A stretch of DNA of 64,000 nucleotides from assembly GCA_030141605.1 (NCBI GenBank), contig JAQGDQ010002377.1:387582-451581 (forward strand), in the 5' to 3' direction. Below the pieces are notes generated by a model that saw nothing but the letters and a program-made list of their open reading frames with translations, searched no databases and had not been told where the DNA came from. Source of the DNA: Tubiluchus corallicola (Eukaryota; Animalia; Priapulida). Positions 1 to 12,900 of this stretch are shown piece by piece; position 1 is the stretch's first letter, and each line of letters begins with the position of its first letter. A program made the translations under genes and the position numbers.

Positions 1-2647
1 ATATGCTCCTGTGGCAGTACCGGGGTTGATATAAAATTTGCCTTCATGTTCAAATGCCTCGAACTTGTGGGTGTGTCCGCTAATTAAAATATCAACGTCA
101 AGCTGTCTCTGTAAGAAAATTGATAATTAATATGGAAGTTCACAACGAATGGAACAAATGACAAGGTAAATAACTGCTACAGTTTAAAATGTTACTAGAA
201 AGTCGTAAATTATTTCTTTCAGTAAAAGCGTACTATAGTTATACATGCAAGTCATTTTGTACACTTACTTTTATTAATGCTCGAGTATTCTTCAAAATAT
301 TAATAAGCCAATTAATTTGTTAACCAATTAATTAATCTAAGCAAGTAACTAATTAAAAAATTAGTGCTTTGTATTTAAAATTTTTGCAAAACCCACATTC
401 TAACGATTACGATAGCATTAAGCACATTGCTAAGTATTCAAAACACGAATGTTTGAAAATCAAAAGTACATCATTTATATACAATGTACTTTGCAATGTA
501 CAAATATATCTGTTGTACTGGACTTTTTCTATCATCATTATTACAGTTTTCTAGAAATATCTACCTTGGCTATTTTAAGTGTTTTCTGATGCCATCAGGG
601 CTAATTCATTCAATCAAGAATCGATCTGACCAAAATTAAAACCTCATTGCTTTCCAAATAATAGGCTGATGCTATCACAAGTGATAGACTAGTAACATAT
701 GCACTATATGCAGAAACAAAGTTTGTACAGAAGCCTACATATGTAGATCACTACTATGTATAATGCACATTTTGGGTGTAGTATCAGGAACTACTTTAAC
801 TATAAATCTTAACAACCTTTGCAGCATATGCAGTTGTCCTCTTCTCTTCAGTGTATTATAAAATAATGTAATAAGGGCTTGAAAGATGCTATACCTACCA
901 GGACAATATGTCACTCAATTTCTTAGTGCGTAGAATATCTTAAATTGCAATTAGCCTTTTCACAGTTTCAGCGATTGATGAAGATTGTGAAACAGTCAAA
1001 GGGTAAGTGAACCTAACAAAGTTATCTGAACCAAACAACGCATTTGCTTACACTTGACAACACCTTGAGGCCCATGCTGTTGTAGCAGCAGTTCTTGGCA
1101 TCAATATTTGTTTCCCTTATTTCATTAAACATGGATTGTTGCTGCTATTTTGTTAGGTGTTTTCATATAAGAATAAAATGCTAGTTTAAAACTATACACG
1201 TGTAGTATATAATAAAAATAACCATGTATTTCACCAGTTTCACCTACATATTGACACATGCATAAGGTCATGTGACCGTTGCAGTTAAGTAAGATGCTCT
1301 GGGTCCAGTTAACTTTTGATGTACAGTAACTGGGTGCGCACATAGCGAAACAGTGAAAAGGCTTATTGCCATGAACTAATTGATATGTAGCCGGGTTTGA
1401 GGTTAGAGGTGCTTGAAGCCCAAACCTTGATCAGGTTCCTCTCAATGACTTCAGATGTGGTGTGGTAGTGTGCGGTGTGGATAAGGTGTGTGGCTCAACG
1501 AGTTTGCAGTTGTTTTGATTCAATTACATTGAAAACCACTTAACTAGTATCATAATTGTATTGTTGTTATAATTATGAACAGCAATTTATTATTTCAAAA
1601 ATACCGAATGCATTGACTCATCAGTTCTTTAAGCAGATGATCCAGAAACATCATTTTTCTGCTCCTTGAAAACGGGTCCCTAACAACTAAATTAACACCA
1701 AGCCAGGAATAAACAAACAAATGAAATGAATATAATTTTGGGTATAAATTTTAGTTTTATTCCTACCTGAATTATTGCTAAACTTTCTGTATCACCCCAC
1801 GGCACGACTTGATGTCCATGACAGAGGCCAATCCTAAACTGACCTACAGTCACCACTTTCTGTTCAGGATAATTCAAATTCTGAAAAAAGATATTCGTCA
1901 AATTGTCACTATAGCTGGTTAAATAGTAATGACTTAGAGACTCTGAGATTAGAATATATAGATAATAAAACAGTACAGAAGACAGTAAAATAATGTTAGG
2001 CAAAAAGCTATACTGTTTGTTAATTCGCATCGTAAATTTCGAACATACCTCGTCAAAATCACCTCGTACTACATGAACATCACTAGCAAGTGTTTTCAAG
2101 TAATCAAAAGACTCCTTTGTGCACAGATTACCCGTGCAAAGAATGTGCTGAATCTTTCCAGGAACTAGTAGTTTCTTGAACTTTTGAGGTAGACTGTTGC
2201 ATCGATGTGGAATGTGCAGGTCTCCTAATACCAACACCAACTGAAATGTTAAAAACACATTTTGCACCAGTAATAATAATAATTATCATGTACTAATTAT
2301 TATAATATTAATAATAATTATTATGTAAGAAGAATAGTGGTACTGTTCTTCTGATCAAAAAAGAACTCACTGCACACAAGTTCATCTGGAAAGTATTGAC
2401 TCTGTGTGAATGTACTTAAATTACATCACAGATAAAACTGAGAACTTGAGTGATTTACCATCTTAGTGGTGCTAACGGTAAATAACATCTGTGGCTAATC
2501 TCAAGATTTTTATGTATCACTACTAGCTGGTGCTAAAAAAGGCCGCGGGCGATAGTACTTTTAATATAATTTTTTTAGAAAATAAGGCACATGTGAACAA
2601 AATATAATTAAAACAGGCGAATTATCTAACTAAAATAAACTCACCAT
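1..2647 (-). CDS. VPS29: Vacuolar protein sorting 29 (retromer subunit), 5' part; the gene continues off the left edge
   Basis: Exons on the minus strand: 2645-2647 (ATG only, followed by GTGAG), 2049-2240 ([13 protein letters not shown]...VRGDFDE), 1767-1880 ([30 protein letters not shown]...) and 1-108 ([36 protein letters not shown]). All introns are GT-AG and phase-compatible, and the peptide closely matches known VPS29. Confidence 0.97.
2371..2385 (-). CDS. VPS29: Candidate 15-nt alternative microexon of VPS29 (MNLCA)
   Basis: The minus strand reads tactttccAG|ATGAACTTGTGTGCA|GTGAGT. It is phase 0 on both sides, frame-preserving, and lies in intron 1. Confidence 0.45.
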
Positions 2648-3917
2648 AATTAAAAACGTTATAACGTTCAGTCGGTAGAGAACACGTTATGCTGTATGAA
2701 AACACCCACGTCTAACGTAACAGTGTTGCCGTCAAAATATCGTTTTCTCGCCAAATCATAACTAAAACGTCGCCAAGTTTGGCCAAAATTTGGCCAAAAT
2801 TTTAAACAATCATAAAAACTTTCAATATAAAAAACAACATATTAATTTCTTCGTGTCTTTTTCTGCGTAATATTTGTGCAGACTGCGTTACAAAAAATAA
2901 TGAAATAGTTAAATAAAAAAAATTGATAAAAGACAGACGTGCTGTATATACCTATTGAAGCTGCAGCAAAATTAAATATTGAAAGAATACTGACTTCAAT
3001 ATTAATTGATTATTAACATTTTCATTCATTGAATTTCTATTTCGAACGGAAATATTCATAAATTATTTCTATTAAAACACTTGGATTGCAACAACTTAAC
3101 TGTTTTACAGCAGATATATAATATAGCTGGTGTATCCTGTATGTCAACGACAGTGAACATCTCATCTGATGTCGGAATGATTTATGTAGTAAACGATCCA
3201 AATCTAGATGCCAACTTTTCTGTTTGAGAATTAACTGAAACTATAAATAGATTATTTTAGAGTCTGTACTATATTTATTGCCCCCAGTAGGCATCGTTCA
3301 ATATGCAATAGCATACATTCCTAAAGTGAATCGTAATTATGTGTAACAGAGTTCTAAAATTAAGGTAGATAGGTTGCACTAGATTATTAATGTTCTGTGT
3401 CTATCTGACAGATAGTGTAGACACAAAGGAAACAACAATTGAGTTGCATTACTTTTTTATTCGTACTGAATTGTTATACAATTGAGCCAAAGTAAAATTT
3501 ATTTCACTCTAACTTAGTCGAACTCAAGTTTCGAATAGCTTCTTTCTCAAAATGTATTATAGCCTTAACCTCCTAACTCTAGCAATTAATAAAAATCAAT
3601 AGAATCGAACAATCAATTAAATAGCGCTAAAAGAGGCTAATTACCTAATATTACCTACTTGGCAATACTTGAAGAAAGTTGTGAAATTGAACTATAGATG
3701 GCGCAAACGTTGCAAACACAGAGCTCATTGCTCACTGGGTACAGTACGATTATCGTACACTTTATTGATTTAGAAATTTGTCAGTGTATGTCTTTACGTC
3801 GTGTCTTGTTGTCAATAATTACATCGTTTTCTTGTGTACTTTAGCAAAAGTTTTATGTAATTAATCCATTATCTGGGATCTTCTGGTGTTGTGTGTATCT
3901 TGCTGTATGCGACAAAA
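2648..3917. promoter_or_regulatory. Divergent (bidirectional) promoter region between VPS29 and the SEC14L gene
   Basis: The two start codons face away from each other 1.27 kb apart. CpG-containing patches lie near both ends, and a TAGATGGCGC (CTCF/YY1-like core) motif is at 3695-3704. Confidence 0.6.
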
Positions 3918-6900
3918 ATGAGTGGTTATTTTGGGGACTTAAGTCCTACTCAATCTGAAACTTTAGCGGAGGTATTCGTTCAATTTTTCTTTTTCAGTGC
4001 ACGATTATTAATTTACACCGCCAGGTAGATACTATCAGTTATTATTTTACACCGCCAGGTGTTTGTAAATTATGTAGCTATCGCGCGGACGCTACAATAT
4101 TGTCAATAATTATGTTTTAGGCTACAGTTCTATGTGGTATTGGTGCTAACACCTAGTAATAGCGGTTTATGGGATGTGTGTGTGTTTCACATTATACAAT
4201 TCGTCATTTGGTTCGCCAAGTAGCTGAAAATATAATTTATTTTAAAATGTTCCGTAAAACATTAACTAATTTAAGAAATTAATTAAAATGCCAAAAATAA
4301 GCTACTGTCTAGCAGTATATAAGAAAGTCTGACCTTGGTAGAGAGGTGTGGGCAATATGATTGTCAACACGTAAAACACTTTTTAGAGAATTTGCATTTA
4401 AACTTGAAATTCGCTAATATAGAAAGTGTCGTCTAATTTGTCAATCATTATGTCAATCATTTTCGTTGACTGTCCAATCAGCGTGCAAGTTATTTCACGC
4501 ACCTGCAGAGCTTAATTAACGCAGGTACGTTCAGGACATTTAACCACAGCACTGTCTAACACTGTTATGAAAAATGCTCAACTTTTCATTAAGTGGGAGA
4601 AATATTGGCCTGGTTCTAAGTGTTATTATTGTCAATTGAAATTGCAAGTGAATTAGTGGAAATATATAGTCTAGTTTCATTTATAGGAAGAAATGCACAA
4701 CGCTTACGTCTGTGAGTTGTTGATTAAATCATTTTGCAATGAAGAAAATATGCAGTTTAGTTTAGTTTATGGCTTTGCAAGTTAGATAAAAACAACTATT
4801 TGATTAACTATAAATAAAGGCAAAACAAAATGTTCTCTTTTCTGGCCAGTTTTTATAAACCTCAATGAGATCGTCACACTCAAAATTAATTTAAATGTGG
4901 TCAAAACCTATATTATACATCAATGTAATATTAGTTAATTTTACGCTATTTTTCTGGTTGTAATCATGGTTAAAAGATGCCATTGGGACTCATGTAACTC
5001 GGACATTCAATATAAGGGTCGTCGATGGAATGGAATAATCAAATTTATTCTATTTCTGTAGCCTAACAAACGGAAAAATACAAAAACTGAATAAATCTTG
5101 CAGATGAGCACATGATCAGTTAATATAGAAAAATACATCGCAGGCATGATGGTATTCAAAGGCAAGAGAGACTTTTAATATTTTTGTTGCTCATTTATTT
5201 TAAAGCCATGCTAGCTGGCTTAGTCTCTTTATTATACTTATGTCTCTGTGTTTTGTAGTGCTTTAGAACTTCGTCTCTACATTCTGTTTAAATTTAAAAG
5301 TCATTTCCTTGGCTACTTGAAGTGTTAATTTTGTGTTAAAATAGCTGCTGCTTTGCAAATTTGTGTTTATGAAAAAGAGCAATCAGTTTATCTGCTGATT
5401 AGACATTAGTTGTGACTGTCACGTTGTTCAGGTCAGTTTAGTTTAGTTTAGACAGTTGTTATCCAGCGTGAGCTGTTTTTCCAAATGCCGCTGAGCGTGC
5501 TTACGTTACAGCGGAGGCAGAGCGATAGACCAATATGTTTGACGTCAATTGTGAAGGTGTACCGATTGTCCTACTATAGCGAGATGTTGTGAAAATATTT
5601 TGCATAGCGAGAAATATAGTAAGTTCTCGCTTAACAACCACTAATTTGGATTAATGTGTTCCAGTAAAAACACGAAGTTAGGCAAAACGTCTTTAAATGA
5701 TGCATATCTTCTATAGAAAGTAATGTAAAAGTGTTGAGATATATTCAATGGAGAAAATTAATGAGGCTTAACTCAGGTAAGTTAAACGTTTTGAGTTTTA
5801 TGAGTTTTTGACTTTTCTGAAAATTTTCATAAAGACGCTAGTTGCTATAGCTACAGGTTGTAGGCAGAATTCCTGTGCATAAAGTTTCACACAGGTGCCT
5901 GGAGACGTAACTGTAGGTAAAAATGGTTTTAACATTTGGCAGCGTGTTGGGAAGCAAAAGCAAATAATATTGTGCTATTGTACTTTACTAGCTGTGTTTT
6001 AGAATAAAGATTTAAAAGTTTTAGATTTAAAACTACAAAGTTGATATGATGCACATCTATGACATTATTTGATACTTTTCACCTTCTTTGGCTTTTATGG
6101 ATTTTTTAGATGCCTCTATTTTTGTGCTCGATTTTCATTTAGTTAGTGTATTTTCTTATCATAACAGCACTTGCTTATGCCACTGGCATAAATTTGGAGT
6201 TTAACCTTTTAGTCTGTGCTGCTGTGTCAACAAATCAGTTGCTATTAATTTGCATTGACATTCTTAATCTTGATCGGGAGATACTGATGGTGTCTGAAAG
6301 TGCGAAAATCTTGCATGTGATTATGACCAAAGATCAACAAGTTCTTCTTTGACGTTCTTAAGCTGCTAACAGCCTAAATACATGACACAGGAAGTGGTTT
6401 AGAACAATGCATGTGTTTGAATTGTCATTGCAAATATATTTACAAACAGTAGTACCACAGTTGCATAATAGCATTATAACTTTTATAATTTTCATTACAG
6501 TAGAGATTTTAATAACAAATAATGATGAAAAATTTCCTGAAATGCAAAATATATGCAGGTAAATGATGAGGGAAATGTGGTTACTAATCGTATGACGAGC
6601 ATTAGGTGATTCATGTGTCAAATTATCAGTTACTCTAAGAGATAATCAAATCTAAAGCGTAACTTTGTTTTTGTGTTGGAAAAGCAACATGTTGTGATAA
6701 ACCAAAAGAATCTTTAAAAAAATACAAAGGTAGCAGCAGTTTTGCCATTTGTACAATCAACATGAAAGTTAAAATTGCCCACTATTAAAGGTCTGCACTA
6801 GCTTTATGAAGAAGGTGGGAAAACTCGTCAAAAATCAGAGTAGGTGAATATCTGGTATAAGTTAGATGTCCATAATCTAGATACAATCAGTAATCAGCAC

Positions 6901-9900
6901 AGATATATTTTTACACATCACAAGTGCTTCCAAATATGCAATGACTTGACCTTTGTTCTCAGAAAAGCTTTATCTGGTGTTAACGTTGAAAGATTGTGGA
7001 GTGCAAAAATGCATTACTCTGTAAACTGTAAAATTGTTCACAGGTCGATACAAAGTGGTCTCTAAAGCGTGGTCATCTTATCGTCACATTTATCTTTGAA
7101 AACTACTGGAGGCCACAGTTTACACTGTAGGAGGCTGAAGTTTGCACGAAGTTGGTGCGGACCATTGTGCAGAGCCCGATTTTTCAATTTTGAGGATTCT
7201 CTCAAATAAATGGTTCTTTTTAACGTTATTACGTCGTTGGGTTTTTTTCGTAAATGGATCTCCTTCAACACTGTTATTAATTTTTTTGTGAAAAACTGAT
7301 TCCACGGTAACCATAAATGCTTTCTATGATTTTTTTATTGTAGCTATCAAATTTTACGAGAAGTAACTTTTGTTTTTCCTTTGACACGGAATTAGTTTTT
7401 TAGTGGTATAATATTATTGTTATATATCATTGTGGATAACTATGGAAAACACTAGAAATAGACTCTTGTTAGGGGGGGGGGGGAGTTGAGCAATTAATAT
7501 TTGTGTTAAAAAACTAAACATGTGCCTACGTATCCAGATAACTGCACAAAGAAAGTATCTGCTTTCACATATAGGAATGTTCAAAGTATAATAATGTAAA
7601 CATACATTTTTAGTTTCAGCAATTTAGTCTAAACGTTTCATGCGTGCCGGTATCATTAAGCTTTAATTTGTGTTTTTCTGAGATCTTGAATAGGAGGCTT
7701 GATTTTCCACTAAAGCCCCAGTTTTCCAAGTTTCTTCAGTTACGTATGGGCTACTCTAAACTTAACTATACCATCTTCATAAAATTGGAGGCGCTAATTC
7801 TTCACTCTGTGAGTGTGGTTTAGTGAATTCTAGCTTTAGTGAACATTTTTTGTCCGAGTGTGTGCTTTATTCTAATCAAAGGGATATACTGTTATACAAC
7901 ATTGCCAGGCATACTGGCTTGTCTAATTTCAAGCTAGTAGATATATTGTCAGATATAGAAGATGCTGACCCAAGAGATTTTGATTTTGAAGCGATAATTG
8001 AAGGTCTTGTTTTATAGACAGCACTGAACGTTTAAGCAAACGGACACCATTTCAGTGTTAGAGTCACATTGCCATGTACTCCTTTTTCAGTTTTTGTGAG
8101 GAAATTTTCCCTTTTGATAAATAGCTCCTATTGTGTTGATTGAAACATCTGCGTGAACATTTCGTCCACAGATTTTGATGTGGAGAAAAAGCTTTATATA
8201 AGAAGCTACCTGTTATTCTTTTTTCAGTTTAAAACTCAAGTAAGGGATATAGCAAGGCCAGAATGGGATGACTACTATTACCTTCGATGGCTGAGAGGTA
8301 TGCTAATAATTAACGAATACCAATAATAGATGACATCACTTTTATTAGTTTCACATCCTGAGTTTAAAATTAAAATAAACTTTGTTTTATACAAATCGTG
8401 GTTGAAGAATCCTTAGAAGAATTAGTTAGAATATGTATAAATGAAAAAGTTATTTCTCCCATTGACCATCATTTTGCTACCTTATGAAAGTTTGTGATTT
8501 GACTGGCAGTGGTTTTGTCTATTATGACTGACACGTTACCCGCTAACTAATATCGATAATTAGGTTTTAGTGAAACTGATGTACCTTTGCTATATTCAGG
8601 TATCTATTTGACGAAAATGACTGACGAAATGACATCAAAAAATGTTGTCCATAATTTGTCCATTGATCCCTTTAGTTGTAAAAAACTCATTTAATTATCA
8701 TTAAATCCACTTCAAAATTTCTATTTCAGCACGAGACTTTGAACTGAAGAAATCGGAGTTGATGCTTAGAAATGTAAGAATTCCACTTTTTAATATGGTG
8801 TCTGAAGATTGTAATGACACACATTTAATTCTTAATGATAGGTAGATAAAACCACCCTAAAAGCAGCCAAGGTTTTAATAATTATATACACGATGTACCT
8901 GCTTAGTTTATATTATCTTATAGAAATGTAAACATGTTTCAAAGGTTTTGGACCTACAACCAAAGATTAAGATTAAAATTGTTTATTTATCAGCTTTAAG
9001 TTTGACAGTGCATAATAAACAAAACAGTAATTTTGACAATTTTACATACTAATCAGTATTTGCTAGTAGCTTACTTCATGTTAAAATTAAAGTTAATCAT
9101 ATGGAGAAAGGGTGGTGAACAACCACACAGTCAACTAAGTCAGCCACCCCAAAGTCGGCCTTATTTTGTAATGTACTGGTAATATGGTGTATGAAATGGC
9201 ATTTCATAATATTGTTTATGTGTTTGTAACAATAGAAAATTGCACTACCATTAGTAGCTTTGTGATATACATTAACAACACACAGTATGCATTATCTGTC
9301 TAACTTATATGTAATAAACATTCAGCTTTCCTTTGTAGGATGTCATTTGGCGAAAGCAGATTAATGCTGACAAACTATTGGAAGAATACAAAGTTCCAGA
9401 GGTACTGATCTTTGGGCATTGATAAATATCTTACATAATTTTCATATCATTTCTCTTGCTAACTGCAAAGACTGGGCCTTAATGCAGCATTACTGTGTGT
9501 GTAAGAAAAATGTATTATGGTCTGTGAATAGAAATTCTAATTTTTTTAAAATGTTGTTTTCTAGATAAACAGTCATTAAGGGTGCTGTGTTACTCTGAGT
9601 GGTTTAACGTTTGTTCCTTAAATTTATTAAAGTTATCCGTGTATTACTTGATCGTTAATGATTGATAGTACCATAAGTATTATGACATAGCTTTCCATTT
9701 ACTCTTCCACGTGTTATACATTACTATTTACAATGTTGCAATAATTGCTAAGCTTTACATCAAGTGGACTTAGGGGATTAGCTATCGCTGCTTGTGTTTT
9801 CTCAGGTACAAAACATAAATTAGGACATAGAGGATAATGCAAATGCCAAGCTCGCTTAACACCCAAATTTTTAGCAAAACAAAATATCCGTATTTGCATA

Positions 9901-12900
9901 GACACATATGTATCAATCAACTCATTAGAATATCGGATTCGCTATTATGCCAACTTTTTTTTAGTCCCAAATAAGGTGTAAAGATTTCTGAACGTATATG
10001 TTTCTGCTCAATAAATAACGGTATAATGCTTCTGAATTACCAGTAAACTATGACCAGTCAGCAACGTCATCCGTATTTCGATAACGGACATGTGCAAATG
10101 CAACCCAAGTCGAGCTGATGCTCATATGCTGGCAACTTGAAGTGTAGGGCAAATAACCATGAATAGTTTTGCTTTGAGTTGACAAGCAACCATTAAATGT
10201 GCAGCATTTTGCTGAGGAATTAGTATTTCTTTTGCTAAAGATCTAAGAGAACAAAAAAAAGTTGCTGCTTGAAAAGTTACTCCACTTTTCATTTTACTAT
10301 AAGTTTAAGTTACAACACGATCACATTCTACTGTGAGTTGATTGCTTGTACAGTAGTGATGTGTCATGTGAGCAAGTTGCTTACGACTGTTCCTGCTTTC
10401 CGTAATAAAATTTCTCATAACAAAATGGAGTGCCCATTCTTATGGTCTGCAGCAGCTACAAAATCAGAAGTGACAATCTCAATATTAATTTGCTGCCACA
10501 CAAGTGAAGTTCAGTGGATAAGATGTCACTTAAGCGACAAAATCTTTAACTTGTGAAAAAAGCGTAAAAGTTATTATATGAGTAGTTTAAATTTTGGGCT
10601 TTCTATTCGAAAGTATACCTGTGTCTAGTCAGATGCCATCACACGTAAATTCTTACCAAATTTATGAGGGATAATGGGATTACGTTATATGTGCCAAGGC
10701 GATCTTTGCAGATATCCTAACATGCGCAATTATAAAATTATCGGTTCCAGCTGTCAGTCCTTCTGTCTCCATTTTTTCTTGGCTCTGGAGTAATGTTGGA
10801 AGTTGATACTTTGCACAGTGGTAGGGCAAGGTTCAAGCTTAGAGCTTGTAGATTTTGGGGTCATGTGGCACAAATATGAATTTTTTTACTCTTCACATTT
10901 ATCGATGTTCTACAATATTACCTATCACCCAGGTATATTTGATATATAAATTTTAGTGACATCAAAATTGATTTATGATTCATTAGCAACGCAGTCAGTA
11001 AAATATATTAAGCCCTTACAATGGTGTCTACGTTTCTTCACAGTCATTACTATAATGTCTTTTGGATTAATATTACAATCCAATGCAGAAGATACATTTT
11101 AGTTAAAATAAATTTTGAATCTGGATCTAGATTTAACGTGAAATATATTATGATTATGATACCATATTGTGATAGTGGCTGTACAGAGGTTTAGTACATT
11201 TTAAGTGGAGGCCACTATACATGTCAATTGCAGTACCTAGCCTCGACGTACATTGATTTCATCGGGCAACTATGCCTATGTACTGAGACTCCAGCTAAAG
11301 ATGCTGTTGTCTTAAATTTTGTAAAACGAATGTATTTGACAATTATTTTGCATTTCAATCACGAATGATGTCAATTCTCAACTTGTGTGTAGTTTCTGGA
11401 AAGCCTTGTTATATTTCTTGTGATAGGACATAGGAAACTAGAACTAATTTTTCCATTTAATTTGTCACTACAGTATAGTATAATATGATTATCAATGTAA
11501 CATAGGGTAGCACCTGATTATTGTTTTAAGCTGTGTGCATAGGCTAGTGATAAATCCATTTTTCAAGTATTTTTCTAAGTTGTGGGTACAAGGCTACAAG
11601 CACTTCGTTTGCTGAATAAACTGTCATGTAAACAGTTTGGAATTTTAATATAAGAAAGTCGGATTGATTTCTTGATACAAAAATTAATGATTTCTGCAGG
11701 TTTTGCTAAAATACTCTCCAAAAGGAATATGCGGAGAAGATAGGGAAGGCCATCCTGTCATGTACTATTATTTTGATCTGGATCTAAAAGGTAAACGCAG
11801 GCATGTCCATTAGTTAATTGCATTGCTTTGTACTATTTTAATAGCTGCACAAATAAAGATGCATTAGCTGAAAGCTTGAGCTCAGTCTTGAAGTCCTGTT
11901 CGAATTCTTTCTTTGGCATAGAGGAGTATGCCATAACTATTGTCATAATTAAGGATAACTGTCTCGGTCTAAATATGAGTTAATCCAATTATACAGTGTT
12001 GTGTTGTGCTATTACTGATTGGATTGATTTTTTTCCTACTGCTGCTGAGTAAATTGTGATTTTGGGGTTTGTGTGTGCATGCGTGAATGAATGAATGAAT
12101 GAGTGAATGAATGAACTAAAACTTGTTACTAGTTAAATTACTTTTAATATTTTAAGGTTTTTGAATGACTGAATTTATAAAGGAATTGAAATTTGTTATT
12201 GATCAAAGTATGTTTATGCTAGTACTGGATAATATGTGAAAAGTGACATAATATTATAATGTGTTTTGCATGAAATATACAGTCTGCTATAAGGAATCAT
12301 TCTATATTTTAGTGGATGCATTATATCAATTAGTTCATAATTTTGCATTTATCTTAGGCATGGTACACTCTGCTACTAGAAATGATGCACTAAAGTCCAT
12401 GGCTCATGAACTTGAAAAAATGTACAAAGCCATGGAAGCGCAATCAAAAAAGGTAGGTGTATATATGTTGGAATGAAAACATTTTGTAAAAAAATTCCCT
12501 GCAACATGTTGTATTTTTGTTTATACCTGCTAAGTAACCTCTTACTGAATATTCTAAACCATGTATAAGTCAGTTCTTTACCTTAATATGCCAAATGTTT
12601 TGTTTTTAAGAGTGTTAAGTATCAATAAGTGTTTTAAACATAATTAATATAATTGCTCACATATAAATTTTTATTGATAAAATTACTGTCAGTATGTGGA
12701 ATATCTGAAATGACATTTGCCAACTACTTACTTTCGTTATTGCAAAGTCATACGTAACCTGTATCATATTCTTTGTTATATTTTTTTCTTAGCACGATAA
12801 GAAAATAGAGGGCATTACAGTTGTGTTTGACCTAGAGAATCTTGCCCTGAAACATGTTACATACAAGCCTGGTATGTATGATGTCTGAGGTAGATGAGTG

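Noticed and set aside
7700-8060. Possible decayed LINE fragment or the 64-aa ORF at 7823-8017
   Set aside because: Only vague similarity, and no catalytic motif could be confirmed.
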